Source: Macrostomum lignano
Taxonomy: Eukaryota
Assembly (NCBI GenBank): GCA_002269645.1
Contig: NIVC01001961.1
Location: 9,641 to 73,640 of the forward strand
DNA: 64,000 bases
Direction of reading: 5' to 3'
Notes under the pieces: generated by a model
What the model was told of the DNA's origin: nothing
The model's input: only the letters and a program-made list of their open reading frames with translations
The model's database searches: none
Translations under genes and position numbers: made by a program
Shown: positions 45,356 through 60,403 of the stretch, piece after piece
How the letters are laid out: each line of letters begins with the position of its first letter
Numbering within the stretch: the stretch's first letter is position 1

Positions 45356-45894
45356 GAGATGTTACTTAGGCGCATTCCAGTAAGCTGTCGAATAGAATAC
45401 TTCATAGCATTTCGGATGCAAATACAATGATGACTTTCAATGATGCACTTTATGCACTTTATTAATCAATAATTTCGGATATAGCATCCAGATAAGAGTA
45501 TACACACATTGAGTACTTATGCACTAAGATATTATCACAATCAAAAGTACAAGGCAGTCAGCGTTATGCCTTTTAGTACAATAAAGAGCCACTCAAGCCA
45601 CTCAATCCAAGAGGGTAAACCAAGACGCACAATAATTTTAGGCAGTTTATCATCCTCTGCAGTTGCCACGTCGTGTGCTGAGCAGGCGAAAGGTTATGAA
45701 TATTAAACAAAGGGCCCGGAGCTGATGCAGGGGCTTCTCAGCCATCAACTTTGACATCAATCGAGTGGGCCGGAATCTGACCGCGATGCAATCAATGCCT
45801 TCGCTCTGTTGCAGAGCAGCGTAGAGTGACCGAGCCTTGTGAGCTTGTTTGAGCATTAGGAATGGGAGCGATTGGAGTCAGATTTATGGACACA

Positions 45895-46400
<506 letters not shown>

Positions 46401-46543
46401 CAGTGTGGAGGTACAAGAGCAACTGCAGCTCAAGCAGATTAGTTTAATTAGTTCTCTAAACCCAATAAAAAAGTTAGAAGTATTAAACAAATTTGTCCTC
46501 CGATACAAACGCTAGAGCCAAACAGTTAGTGTGCTCAGGCTGC

Positions 46544-49500
46544 TCAGCAAAGACTCGATCTGCCGTTAGCTCCGCTCTGTCGCAGCCAGACAAAATTGCT
46601 GCCACCAAATTTGTCAGACGGATTTTGCTGCGGCTGCATCGACGGAGGCTGCAGCAGCAGCTCCAAGTTCTCGGTGGGCTGCTCCGACAAGTCCACAACC
46701 TGTAGCTGCCGCTGCTGTCGCTGCTGCTTGGGCTCGCCCGAATTGGAAGGCCGGGTCCTCTCAGCCACCAGCCGGTAAAGCAACTCGATGCATTCGACAA
46801 AGAATGCCAGAGTCAGGCCGATGTACATGGAGCAGAGGCCGCCGATGCGGCTGAACAGAGCGTTGACGGTGAGGACGATCTTCTCCTGCCTCACCAGAGT
46901 GTTGTTGGCGCGCCGCTTCACCATCACGTAGGTGAATCGCTCGTCGAAATGAAAATTGGTGTTGTTGGCCAGCAGCGCCGGGTCAGTGATGTTCCTCATG
47001 CGCAGGTAGTCTTTGACGCGACGCAAACCCCGTTTAAAATTTTCGGGAGTATCCAGCAGCAGGTTCAGCTTCATCAAGTAGTCGTTCCATCGCTCCGACA
47101 CCTCCTTGATCCAGTGCAGCATCCAGTGGGTGTCGCGCCACTTCGTGACCGAGAGCTCCTTGCGGTAACTGAGCTCGGTGCACCTGGGCAGGCAGTCGGT
47201 CGCCTCGAACTGCTGCCGAATCCTTCGCTGATCGATGCTCTTGGCGCACCTCAGCCTGCTGAACAGTTTGTCGTCGATGAAGCCGCAGTAGGGATGGCTG
47301 GCGTTTGCCTGCGTCACCAGGGGCAGCTCGACGTACAGACAGCCACAGGCGCTGAGGAAGGCCTCCTGCACCTTGGTGTTGAGGCACAGCTCCTGGTCGT
47401 AGTTGTACATCTGGCCGTGATCGGCGAAACGTCGTCGACGAATCTCGGCGTCGTCCAGGCAGAGACTGCGCGGTGTGTTGGCGCGGACGAAGCGCTCGGT
47501 CTGGTACTTGATCTCGTTCATCTTGCCCGGCTCCGTCTGGACACCCTGCCGCAGCATCTGCGAGCGCAAATGGTAGATTGCGTAGTAGGTAAGGGCCTGA
47601 AATAATGGCCAAACACGAGTGCGCGTAGCAACGTCATTGTCTATAAGACACATAGAGGCCATTATTTCAGCATAGCGCAGTCTGGCGGCCATTATTTCAG
47701 CGTGCCGGAAGCGGACAATATTTCACACTTTTTTAATTGGCTGTTTTGAGAGTTATTTTACCCATAGACGACTAAGATGTGTGTCTTAGTTTGACCATAG
47801 ACAACACTGTGATGAGTGCTGATTTCGTTTGCGTCTTGCTAAGCTATTGCGTAAGCTATTTGTCTTGTCAAACAACTATGGCTGGTGCATCTCGTCAAAC
47901 AACTATAGCTGGTGCATCTCGTCAAACAACTATGGCTGGTGCATCTCGTCAAACAACTATAGCTGGTGCATCTCGTCAAACAACTATAGCTGGTGCATCT
48001 CGTCAAACAACTATAGCTGGTGCATCTCGTCAAACAACTATAGCTGGTGCATCTCGTCAAACAACTATAGCTGGTGCATCTCGTCAAACAACTATAGCTG
48101 GTGCATCTCGTCAAACAACTATAGCTGGTGCATCTCGTCAAACAACTATGGCTGGTGCATCTCGTCAAACAACTATGGCTGGTGCATCTCGTCAAACAAC
48201 TATGGCTGGTGCATCTCGTCAAACAACTATGGCTGGTGCATCTCGTCAAACAACTATGGCTGGTGCATCTCGTCAAACAACTATAGCTGGTGCATCTCGT
48301 CAAACAACTATGGCTGGTGCATCTCGTCAAACAACTATGACTGGTGAATCTCGTCAAACAACTATGACTGGTGAATCTCGTCAAACAGCCCCGCTTATTA
48401 ATTGGAAAAATCTTCTTGTCAACGACTGAACGATCCGGGCGACCTATGCTTCAGTGGAGGTGACACAGGATATGCGGGTGAAGCATGGTAAGTATAATAT
48501 GTCAACATTGTAAATAAATTAGTGGCTATACTAATGGCCATAGAGAAACTGTGGATTTTTTACAATGTCCATTAATCTGCAGGTCGGATGGATTCGGAAC
48601 GCGCAGTTCGCTTCTTCGAGAACTGCCACTTCAAGAATTGCACGTTTTAGTTTTAATGAACAACTTCTGATGAAGAGACCATGACTACTGTGCTGTTTTT
48701 GTGCTTAATGTGCGCGTTTTCCATGGATTGTTAGCTAAAATGTCTTGACTATCCTTATTTTGAGTGTATTCCATGCCATGTAGACTGTTTGCGAACATCA
48801 TTCCCTTATGTCAGTTAATAAGTGCATAGTTAACTAAACGTCTATGGTTCAAACGCCTGCTAAAGCTGAACTAATGGCCATTTGAGTTTTTCATTACGCC
48901 AGGCTGTGTCTTATGGACAATAGCGGAGTGGGGAAATGGCTGCGCCGATTATTGGACAACAGGAAATGTTTTTTATTGCTGGGGGAATTGTGACTGACTT
49001 GGGACTGTTATTTCCCTTGTAAATAACAACTCAATAAGTAACTTCCTTGTAACGTGCATAAAATCCAGCAAGGTCTTCGCTAAGTCTATTTTGGCTCATT
49101 TCAAGCTGCGATTTGCAACCACTCCGGGCCAAAAATCGCTAAAGACGCAGTATTCATCTATTTTTTTCAGGCTTTTTAAAGCGAAGAAAATAGCTCAGAT
49201 CTCAGGTCTCTGGCAACCATGATTCCAGATTTTTCTGTAGGACCAATTCCCTATTCCTCGATTCTCCACTCCCCATTCCCCAATTCCCTATTTCCCATTC
49301 CAGATTCCCCGATTCCCCATTCCCCATTCCCCGATTCCCCATTCCCCGATTCCCCATTTCCTGATTCCCCACTCCTCGATTCCCCATTCCCCGATTCCCC
49401 ATTTCCTGATTCCCCACTCCTCGATTCCCCAATTCCCCGATTCCCCAATCCCCGATTCCCCATTTCCCGATTCCCCATTTCTCGATTCCCCATTCCCGGT

Positions 49501-52500
49501 TCCCCATTTCCCAATTCCCCATTCTCCGATTCCCCATTCCCCGATTCCCCATTTCCCGATTCCCCATTTCCCGAATCCCCATTTCCCGATTCCCCGATTC
49601 CCGATTCCCCATTCCTCGATTCCCCATTCCTCGATTCCCCATTCCCCGATTCCCCATTTTTCGATTCCCCATTTCCCGATTCCCCGATTCCCGATTCCCC
49701 ATTCCTCGATTCCCCATTCCTCGATTCCCCATTCCCCGATTCCCCATTCCCGATTCCCCGATTCCCCATTCCCCGATTCCCCATTCCCCGATTCCCCATT
49801 CCCCGATTCCCCATTTCCTATTCCCGGTTTCCGATTCCCCATTCCCCGATTTCCCATTCCCCGATTCCCCATTCCCCGATTCCCCATTCCCCGATTCCCC
49901 ATTCCCCGATTCCCCATTCCCCGATTCCCCATTCCCCGATTCCCCATTCCCCGATTCCCCATTCTCCGATTCCCGATACCGCAACCGCTACAGTCAGTTA
50001 ATAATAATTATTTTTCTGGAGTCAGCTGTCTCGTAGACAATAAAATATGCCTACAAAAACATATTGTCTCCCTGCACCTGGCCGCGTCTTGCGCGGGCAA
50101 ACTGCCTCTACTTCCTTAGGGAAAAAACAAACTTGCTCTCTGGCCCTGCGAACAGTAAGAAATTGAGAAGAGGCGAACGGTCCTGGAGTAATTTGGTAGC
50201 GGAGATCACGGAATCCCAGCGACCTCAGGCTCAGGGCGTTTTGGGGGCCAGCGTTATTGTTATATTCTATATCTGGAATAAATCTGGGAGGGAAAAAGCT
50301 TTTATTCAGATCGAGATGGATTTCTCCCATCCCCTCTCTGCCCTCCCAGCGCCATGCGGCAGTCAAATCAGGCTGTTTTGCAAATGGGTTCTGTACGGAA
50401 GTAGAAGAAAAGAGAAGTAATAAAATGAATGCACCTTTATCGTCTCTACACCTGATCAAAATAGTGCATTGTTTGCTTTTCAAGATTTAGAAATTCAAGT
50501 GGTTTCTTTTGCGAGCATCTAGAAAAATTTAAGTGTATATACGAGTGACGTCACGCACTGCCCTCAGCCGGTGCAGGAAGTGCGTGAGCTGATGCCGCGG
50601 CCACCCTACCAGCAGGGACAGTCTAGCTCTCGGCCTCTTTTCGATTTCCCGCATAAGAATCCTCAACTATTTAAATTATTTTATTCCAATTCCTCCAACT
50701 GGAGAAGCGCCAGTGAATGATTGACGACTTTCTGAGTCAGTACGGATCGGAGTACTTGCGCCAACCAGCCGCAGAAATAAATCTTCAACTATCTTTGCAT
50801 CGAGTTAAATCGCGCCCACTGATTCATCGTTTACGCTGGAGCCGCAAGTTACACTGCCGGCAGCAACTGAATGCAATAAACAATTCAGCGACATTTAACT
50901 CTGATGCAAATCGACCGATAAAGCTGTGGTGCGCCATAAACTGAACCTTTCGCTGGCTTCCAGCCAAAAGGTTAGTTCGCTAAAAGCCGCGATTTCTATT
51001 GACTTGACATCTCTGTGGCGGGAGCTCGATTGGATTTTGGGACAATTTTTTTCACCGGTCGCGTTGGGATCGATTGGATTTGCTACTATTATGGGCTTCG
51101 GACGCACTGGCACAGCGAACACTCGTTGAGGGCCTTTAAAGTGTTTTTTGCTATTGTAAGCAGAGTTTGATCTGCAGGGAAAATAGTTTTGATCAAATTG
51201 GATAAGTATGACGCTTAGGACACTTAGACACGAGATGATGTAACTACGAGCTATTTCAGACACTATTGAAGGCGTGTTAGACACTAGTTAAGGCGTGTTA
51301 GACACTAGTTAAGGCGTGTTGGACACTAGTTAAGGCGTGTTAGACACTAGTTAAGGCGTGTTAGACACTAGTTAAGGCGTGTTAGGCACTAGTTAAGGCG
51401 TGTTAGACACTAGTTAAGGCGTGTTAGGCACTATTTAAGGCGTGTTAGACACTAGTTAAGGCGTGTTAGACACTAGTTGAGGCGTGTTAGGCACTATTTA
51501 AGGCGTGTTAGACACTAGTTAAGGCGTGTTAGACACTAGTTAAGGCGTGTTAGACACTAGTTGAGGCGTGTTAGACACTAGTTAAGGCGTGTTAGACACT
51601 AGTTAAGGCGTGTTGGACACTAGTTAAGGCGTGTTAGACACTAGTTAAGGCGTGTTAGACACTAGTTAAGGCGTGTTAGGCACTAGTTAAGGCGTGTTAG
51701 ACACTAGTTGAGGCGTGTTAGGCACTATTTAAGGCGTGTTAGACACTAGTTAAGGCGTGTTAGGCACTTTAAATGTTCAAGCGTCTCACAAGGACCACAA
51801 GATATTTTTGTTCGCACTTTTCCCTAGAAACTGAGTTAGATTAACGATCCCAGCTCACCGCAGGGTGGCTTCCCGGCTCGTGCACAGCCACACGCAGTCC
51901 GTAGGCCTGCTCGAATATGTCGAAAAGGAAGCCCTGCTTGTGCTGGACTCCGTAACTCTCCACGGGACCCAGCCAGATAATGAGCGCCAGGCTGAACACG
52001 TCCTGAATGACATCCGGGTTGAACTGCAGCGTGTAGCAGTTGAAATAGTTCGGGTGGCTGAACGTCGTCACATCTAGCAGCCTGTCGTAGCAGCCCTTCG
52101 TGCCCTGCACCTGCGCAGAGGAGAACTTGAAAATGCAGTCGACGAATGAATCGTTCCTGGAGTGGCCCAGCATCGCCGCTTGGGACGCCTTCAAGTTTTG
52201 AAAGTAGAGCCTGGATGAGTCCATAGGGAGGGTCAGCTGAAGCGCTTTCATGCTGGCGGACAAGACCTCCTTGTACTCTTGGTCGGTGGCGTCGCTCTGC
52301 GGTTCGGTCACTTTCTTCTCGTACGCGCCTTCGATGTCCAGCTCCGAGAGCAGTCGAAGACCATGCTGGCGCAGCTGCCAGTTGAAGTCAGTCGGTGATG
52401 GCACGGTTTTGTCCGTCCAGAGTCGGAAAGCATTCTTCGAGAACGGCTGGTTGTTGCAGATGCTCACCGCCGGGAACGGGCTGACGTCGTCCAGATCGAG

Positions 52501-52695
52501 CCGGGTCTGGATGTTCACGTCGTACTGCAGGTAGTCGAGGGTGACGTTCACGGCGCTGTAGAACAGCAGGGAGGTGGAGCCGAGCACGAACAGGACCCAC
52601 AGGTGGCTGAGAAAGCGGCTCGGACTCTTGAAAATCCGACCGACACCGCGAATGCTGGTGCTCTCGAGGAAGGCTCTGGTCTCTTCTGAGATCAT
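46544..52695 (-). CDS. DEG/ENaC (amiloride-sensitive sodium channel family) subunit, ~616 aa, two exons
   Basis: Exons 52695-51859 and 47557-46544 join in phase 0 (HEPGSHPA|[11 protein letters not shown]). TM1 [47 protein letters not shown], a Cys-rich thumb region, and TM2 [25 protein letters not shown]. Confidence 0.93.
47868..48386. repeat. Near-perfect 27 bp minisatellite in the ENaC intron
   Basis: About 19 copies of tcgtcaaacaactat(a/g)gctggtgcatc, with no spacers. Confidence 0.97.
49240..49975. repeat. 15 bp minisatellite in the ENaC intron
   Basis: Unit ttccccgattcccca. Confidence 0.96.
51262..51768. repeat. 21 bp minisatellite in the ENaC intron
   Basis: Unit gacactagttaaggcgtgtta. 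Confidence 0.97.
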
Positions 52696-54062
52696 CGTTC
52701 GGTGTGCGACTGCCGCAGGTGAGGAAGTTGTGGGCGTTTAGCTTAGGGTGGTCCAGAAAGGCATAACAAACTGAGTTTCCCCTAGAGCTCCATGGATGCT
52801 TTTTAATCCATTTTAATCTAAAACAATATTGGTACTTGCTTCAAAAAACATGAGGACACAGCATGAAATCGGCAGTGCAGTTTTTTAGGCACTGCTCAAA
52901 GTCATCGTCAGCTGCGTGATGAATGCCTTCAGCTGTAGATACTTCAGTTATTGAAACGGGTGTTCTTTAAGAAAACTTCTGCACCTTCCTAGTTTTCAAA
53001 GCAAGTAGCAAGATTTTTCAAGTAAAAATATCATCAGAAAAAGGTCTATAAGCATGCATGTATCAAATTTCAACCCAATCCACCAACCCAGTGCATAGAA
53101 AACTCAATTTGTCATCTGGGAGACCTTTCGGGACCATCAGCTGTAATCGCTATAGTCAGGGAAGAAATTCTTGACGACTTTTAAAGGATTAAGGAGGCTG
53201 CCGAAGATACGCAACAAATTATGGCCTCGCAATCATGAAAAAATTCAAATAAAATACAGCTCCTGCTCCGTCGTTTCCCCGCCTACATAAAAACTCACTC
53301 AGTGACTCCCGATATTTGATAAACAACTCAAGCGCTTTTCCAAATGCAATTAAATAAATTAATTTTCAAACCCAATTCAAGTTATGATTTGCTTAATCAA
53401 CACAAAATTTCTCCAATAGATTACTCACGCTATAATTGTTGCGAATGCGCTGCACCTGCGGCTTAAGCTGAAAGATAAAGTTTCAGAGCTCAAGGTGGAT
53501 TCCAGAAGTCAGCTAGCAATGGAATGCTGGGCGGATGCCAATAAGGCCGTTGGAATTGGTTGGAGGGAGATATCCTCGATTTGAGATCCTCGGCTCTGGC
53601 TCTGCCATTGGCTGGGGATTTTGCCAGTCCACGCTGGGCGCTGCAAGTCCGGCAAAGCCCCAGCCTTCTCCCTTGAGCAGGCGGAGAAGTGCTCCCGGAT
53701 TGACAAAATCTGTAATCAGCATTCTGAGTAAACAGCGGGGGCTGCGGCCCCCTGCTCCTGGATTTGTGTACTCATTTTCAGCCAGGGCGACTCAGGTTAG
53801 GGCAGCCCGGTCGCTTAGCAACCAAAACTGGAGATGTCATTCTCGGGTGAAATGAAAAGCCTGAAAAGTTGGGGATAAGTTATACAAGCGTGTAACGACT
53901 GTCAGATGCGATGGCAATTTGCGGGGACTACGAGGTCAATCCAGAGTGAAATGATGAATTTCTAGATGCAAAAGAACGGTTCAAATAGGATCCTCCAAAT
54001 GAGAAATTCAGTGCCAATGTAAAACCCTGTATGAGTGCGTGCCTTCGCTCGTACCAGTGAGT

Positions 54063-55310
54063 ATTGCTGGCACAATCGCCATTCAGGATGCAACAGTTGC
54101 TGGCACAATCGCCATTCAGGATGCAACAGTTGCTGGCACAATCGCCATTCAGGATGCAACAGTTGCTGGCGCAATCGCCATTCAGGATGCAACAGTTGCT
54201 GACACAATCACCAAACAGTTGCTGGCACAATCGCCATTCAGGATGCAACAGTTGCTGGCACAATCACCATTCAGGATGCAACAGTTGCTGGCACAATCGC
54301 CATTCAGGATGCAACAGTTGCTGGCACAATCGCCATTCAGGATGCAACAGTTGCTGGCACAATCGCCATTCAGGATGCAACAGTTGCTGGCGCAATCACC
54401 ATTCAGGATGCAACAGTTGCTGGCACAATCACCATTCAGGATGCAACAGTTGCTGGCACAATCACCAAACAGTTGCTGGCGCAATCACCATTCAGGATGC
54501 AACAGTTGCTGGCACAATCACCATTCAGGATGCAACAGTTGCTGGCACAATCACCATTCAGGATGCAACAGTTGCTGGCACAATCACCATTCAGGATGCA
54601 ACAGTTGCTGGCACAATCGCCATTCAGGATGCAACAGTTGCTGGCACAATCACCATTCAGGATGCAACAGTTGCTGGCACAATCACCATTCAGGATGCAA
54701 CAGTTGCTGGCACAATCACCATTCAGAATGCAACAGTTGCTGGCACAATCACCAAACAGTTGCTGGCACAATCGCCATTCAGGATGCAACAGTTGCTGGC
54801 ACAATCGCCATTCAGGATGCAACAGTTGCTGGCACAATCGCCATTCAGGATGCAACAGTTGCTGGCACAATCACCATTCAAGATGCAACAGTTGCTGGCA
54901 CAATCACCATTCAGAATGCAACAGTTGCTGGCACAATCACCAAACAGTTGCTGGCACAATCGCCATTCAGGATGCAACAGTTGCTGGCACAATCGCCATT
55001 CAGGATGCAACAGTTGCTGGCACAATCGCCATTCAGGATGCAACAGTTGCTGGCACAATCACCATTCAGGATGCAACAGTTGCTGGCACAATCACCAAAC
55101 AGTTGCTGGCACAATCGCCATTCAGGATGCAACAGTTGCTGGCACAATCGCCATTCAGGATGCAACAGTTGCTGGCACAATCGCCATTCAGGATGCAACA
55201 GTTGCTGGCGCAATCGCCATTCAGGATGCAACAGTTGCTGGCGCAATCGCCATTCAGGATGCAACAGTTGCTGGCACAATCGCCATTCAGGATGCAACAG
55301 TTGCTGGCGC
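54063..55310. repeat. 33 bp minisatellite with a recurrent short variant unit
   Basis: Unit ttgctggcacaatcgccattcaggatgcaacag; variant ...caatcaccaaacag near 54207, 54463, 54749, 54935 and 55091. Confidence 0.97.
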
Positions 55311-55730
55311 AAGTGTGACGTCAATGCAAATTGCGGCTGAATCACGCCAGCCCGCCGTCATGAACTGACGAATGTCTGTCGCACTGGCAAGGTGGCAATG
55401 AATAATCATTGTATTTGTAGTCCCATGTAAATTTCTGCTCCAGCTGTAGACTGCTGTGCCCTCGGCCTGTTAGCGTGAAATTGCTTTTGGCATCGACACG
55501 CCAGGGCAGGGCAGCTCTGGGAGTTGCGCCGGGAGTGAAACCCGTCGGATCATTCTAAGAAAATAGCTGGAGCCGATCGAAAATATTGCAATTTTGTATG
55601 CGACTGACGGATCCCGCTGCGGATTGACTGGGCTCGTTCTGAATTTTAGAATGCTGGAGTAATGTGATGCTCGGATTCCAGCTGATCTCTTCAAATATAC
55701 TATTGAAACTAGTTAAACATTACTTTATCG

Positions 55731-56012
<282 letters not shown>

Positions 56013-56413
56013 ATATTAAAGAACAAAAAAATTGTTTATTGCCTACATTTACTTGAATCAACAACTTTAATATGCATTTAGCCATTTGCTTTATTGCTCA
56101 TGATTGTAACCAATAAAAATATGATTTCGTAGGGATCATTTTTAAAGATGAAAATTTCATAACTTAAAGTAAAACAGACTGCCGAGATTAAGCATGATAT
56201 TAAATGTAGCGGATAATTTTCATCCCAGTCGCGGCTGAGTGACTAATTTGATCGCACACCTGAAGTTGCTTTAACCTGCCGGATTGAAAGCTCCGATTTA
56301 TTGCTAATTAGACATGAACTGGCCCGCATGGCAACTCGTTCTAATTAGTTCTGAGCTCAACCCAAGCTTGGGGCATAGCGATCCGTCACAACGTGCTCAA
56401 TTTGTCGGTAAAG

Positions 56414-59400
56414 TCACACGGATGTAACAGCCCCGTTGTGATGGCGCTCATCACAGCCTCCTTGCGGATGCGAGCGACGCTTCTCCAGCAGCTGACTCGA
56501 CAGTCGGCGCTCAGTCTTGTAGTAGCGGTAGACTGGCCTCATCGGGCCCTGGGCCTGCTCCAGCTCCATCAGCGAGTGCTCAATGATGTCGCCAGTGAGA
56601 AAGTCGAAGTGAGCAAAGCACGATGCAACTGAAAATGAGTAGAGTATTGTAGACCAGCTTGTAGTAAACTCTAAGAAGAAATAACTCTCCAAACCCTGCC
56701 GACCCTACTGGCAGTAGCACTGAAAAAAGCATTTAAATTTGATGGAAGTTGAAAAATTTTGCAGCCAGTTTTTGTGAGCCCTCTTTGATGCCTATTAATT
56801 ATGCAGCCGAAACCTGCGTGTTTGATCCAGAAGCAACACAGATACAGACTGCTTACCGAGATTAGCGCTGGACAAGGCTGAGTTCTCAAACGGAACCGTT
56901 CCGATCACGACTGGCACGGAGAGCTGAAGAGATTCGCTGTGCCCGAGCACGCCAGAGGCTTCAATCTTGACCTGCCGAAAATTAAAATTGCAAATACACG
57001 AAGGTTCATATTGGAGTAAATAAGAAAATGCTGGTATTTTACAATGGCAAGAAAATTGAAAACATGAAAGCTAAATACACAATTAACTGTTTATTAAAAA
57101 TTAATTACATCATCATAACTAATTGCGATATCGTATTCTCTAGCTTACTTAGTTGAAATGCTATCTAGCATAGACAGATGCCAAGACTCACTGGGGAGTT
57201 GCTGAGATGCCAAGGCTCACGGGGGAGTTGCTGAGATGCCATGGCTTACGGGGGAGTTGCTGAGATGCCATGGCTCATGGGGGAGTTGCTGAGATGCCAT
57301 GGCTTACGGGGGAGTTGCTGAGATGCCATGGCTTACGGGGGAGTTGCTTAGATGACAAGGCTCAGTAGGGGGACGCTGATGTCCTAGGCTTGAAGGGGGT
57401 AAGACACTTACATGTACTACATAAGTGCATTTACTAGTTGTGAAGCGAGCTGCCTTTGTCTAAATTACAGTCGTGCTTATTCTTCTTTTCTTCAAGCAAC
57501 CCATTGTAACTGGGTGCTTAGTCGTTTATCGACCATTTTTACTGCAATATTTAGCGTGCACTTACAAGCTTCACTACGAGCGTATCTAAAGGAGGGTTGG
57601 CAAAATTTTGTTAAAATGAAATAAAGATAAGAAGAAATTTTTGGTGTTCTTTCCATGTAAGCAGCGCCTCGGCTGGTTCCGCATTCGCTCGAGCAGGGGG
57701 TGGGGGGGGGCGCGGTCACGCCATTTCGAGTTCGCAGCCTAGAAACATCAATAAACTGACTTTTTACGCCTAAATGTATTGTAGAGCTCGGAAAAAAAGA
57801 GACTAGCCTGGATCAGTTCCATCCTCTATGCTTCCCACAGCCCACATCATCGATCGCTGGATCGCCAGAGGTCAGCATTGCTTTTTCATTCCCAGCATCA
57901 TCTTGCCCAGCGCTAATGGCTTTCGCCAGGCTCGTATTTGTTTGCACAGGGTAAATTTATGCGGCCACTCACTCACCTGCACTACGTACTCAATGCTGAG
58001 CACTTGGCAGCAGTGTCGGCCTGTCGGCGGCAGCGGCGGCACGTGAATGACGTCGTGATAAAACCCGGACGCACCTGGCCGCACGCGCTGCCCGGAGATG
58101 CTGAAGATCAGGGCGCTAGCAGTGTGAGACCGCTGGCCGGCTTTGAGAACCAGTCGCTGCTGGAACGTGATATGCGTGCTGTCGACGCAGGCGGAGGAGC
58201 CGTTGACCACCTGCATACCGATGTCCATGGTCTCGCCCGGCACGTAGCCAGACCTCGGCAGGGACAGCTCGCAGCGAATTCGGCCCTTGCTGATGCAGCA
58301 ACAGCAAGTCACGATCGCGTCCTTTTTCAGGCTAACGCCCTCCTTTTGAATAGAAGCAACGGCATTGTATTAAGATCGTGCTGTACTCATTGACCGGAGG
58401 TAATTACATTCTGAACATTTTCCTGCGTCTGAATTGGGCTGAATTATATCCTGCTTATGATCTCTTTTGCGTCCTTTGTGCTGAGAAAAATTCAATTTTT
58501 CCCCAAAGCCGAAATTTTCATTTTGCTGACATCGACAACCAGATTCATTCATAAACTCAATAGTCTGTACTTTTCCAACATGCACAGCCCCGCCTGTCAA
58601 AACACGCGGGCAACTCACAGTCAGACTCTTGCAGCGGTTCAGGTCGCGGGATCGCAGAACCAGGATACGTCGCTCCCGGCTGTGTCCCGCAGTTCGCCAG
58701 GAATTCTCCAGATCAACGCGCAGACAGTAGGCAACTCTGGCCTTCACCCGGCCAGTGTCGGAGAAGTGCTCAAATGACGAAGGCAGTCTCTCCGGCAGTT
58801 GGAAGTGAAACCGGAACTGGTGAAATCCGGCTCGGATCAGGTGGCCTGGCTGGGATGCCTTCTCGTCCGGGCCTTGGAAATGGGAGACGGGAGATTGGGG
58901 AACTTCTCTACGCTAGCTCTGATGACGAACGAGGATTCCATTTTGTTCCAGGGGCCACGCACAGTAAGGAGAGTCGCCTGGCTTTTAGCTCCTGCATTTT
59001 CTATCTGGTCTGGCGGTGCAGTGTTGTCAGTCTCGGGGGAAGCCACATGGAGCAAAAAAAGAGTTTCATGCGCTTCAAGCTGAAGCACTTAACACGACGA
59101 TTGAGTAGAAGTGTTCCATGCTCGCATATTCTGCACTTTGAAAGTGGCGTTGAGTCAGGATCCTTGTGCAGCATCTCGGTGGGTTTTCTTTCATACTAGA
59201 AGTTGTATTGCTCAAACTGGAGCTTGAGGACAGAACTACACTTGTACGATATACAATTTATGCACTGCGCATGGAAGTCATCAAAGTGGAACTCAGAAGA
59301 GGCTAAGATGGTCTTCTAACTTGAGTTGGGGCCGGCCGGCCTTCTCCGATAAGCAGATATGGTGATAATCAGCCATCGAGGAAAGTTATGCTTCAATGCG

Positions 59401-60072
59401 GATTTTCCGCTTCGCTAGAGAGTGGCCTTCTGTGGGCGGGGCCGGGCGCGATGGAGTAAAAGTGCAGAGCAGGCTAAGGGAGTGAAAGTCTCTCCAATGC
59501 TCACCGCTAAGAACTCAGCCACTGAGTAGAAGTTTTCTTCAATTTTGCTCAGGTTCCTGTTCAGTTTAAATCGCATTAAAACTGACAGTCGGTGTTGCTG
59601 AACGGACGGGGTTGTAACCTAGTGGTCAGAGCTTCTGACTCACGACTTGAAAGTCGGGGGTTCGATTCCCGATCCCGCTGGAACAATTTGTGTCCTTGAG
59701 CAAGACACTTAACTCTGCATTGCTTCAGTTCACCCAGCTGTAAAATGGGTGCCAGCATTAGCTGGGGTGATTGAGGGTGTGTGTGGCGACCACCCAGTCC
59801 TTGGACTGAACAGCCGTAAGCAGCCTTCATATGCGCCGCGCAATAGCTGCGGCTGAGCTGTCGGTTGCACATCTGGCCCAATTAAGGCAGGTGTAATCAG
59901 TTATTACTATTATTATGAACGGTTTAAAAGTGCTTTTTACCTTTCCCAAACAGCTGGCTGCAGCACTGGAACAGGGTCTGCCGCCCGACCACTGTCTCGG
60001 GTTGCGAGGCGTCCTTCTGCCGGGCCTCAACCCAGGAGACCTCGGCCTGCCCGGTGAATACAATGCGACAGC
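56414..60072 (-). CDS. Alpha-arrestin (arrestin domain-containing protein, ARRDC-like); first coding exon not found
   Basis: Exons 60072-59941, 58872-58619, 58342-57977, 56971-56857 and 56628-56414 have consistent phases. Reads GCRIVFTGQAEVSWVE / AGFHQFRFHFQLPERLPSSFE / TCCCCISKGRIRCELSLPRSGYVPGET / LSVPVVIGTVP / MRPVYRYY. Confidence 0.88.
57180..57365. repeat. 29 bp minisatellite in an arrestin intron
   Basis: About 6 copies of gggggagttgctgagatgccatggcttac. Confidence 0.93.
59608..59883 (+). mobile_element. tRNA-derived CORE-SINE, copy 2 (in an arrestin intron)
   Basis: ggggttgtaacctagtggtcagagc...ggttcgattcc...tgtgtccttgagcaagacacttaactctgcattgcttcagttcacccagctgtaaaatggg, resembling the MIR CORE. 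Confidence 0.88.
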
Positions 60073-60403
60073 CTGCGGGTCGGGGGGAGGGGGTCGGCTA
60101 GTGGCTCCCAGAGATTGAATTCGTGCATCGCTTCATCTGCTCTCACGCCAATATTGGCGCCGCAATTGTTCGGCCCCACAATGCGTTCTACATGCGAATA
60201 CAATGGATACCCAGTGAGCCGTGCAGTCTTCAGTCCCACCTCAGGCTGGGCCTCCCTTCAATTATCGTGAGCAATCAGTTGCTAAATAATGCACAGCTCA
60301 GACCACAGTCAGTGTGCCCATCAGGGTCAGAAATTTTCTTCAAGCTGGGTTCGATCAAAGAGGCCCTTGAATCAGAATTTGATTTACAAGAAGGCTAACT
60401 GAC

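Noticed and set aside
47868-48386. Regular 27 bp repeat (also the 33 bp array at 39610) as a CRISPR array
   Set aside because: The units are head-to-tail with no unique spacers, there are no cas genes, and the context is eukaryotic.
50545-50554. Perfect CRE palindrome gtgacgtcac
   Set aside because: A single short motif in an intron is expected by chance in 64 kb.
58837-59200. Extra arrestin exon candidates (LEAHETLFLLH..., AEYASMEHFY...)
   Set aside because: The 60072-59941 exon already supplies this region and joins in phase to 58872 through a strong polypyrimidine acceptor.
59608-59680. tRNA gene (also 37745-37819, minus strand)
   Set aside because: The anticodon stem is poorly paired and the sequence continues into a shared CORE and tail in both copies, so it is a SINE head.
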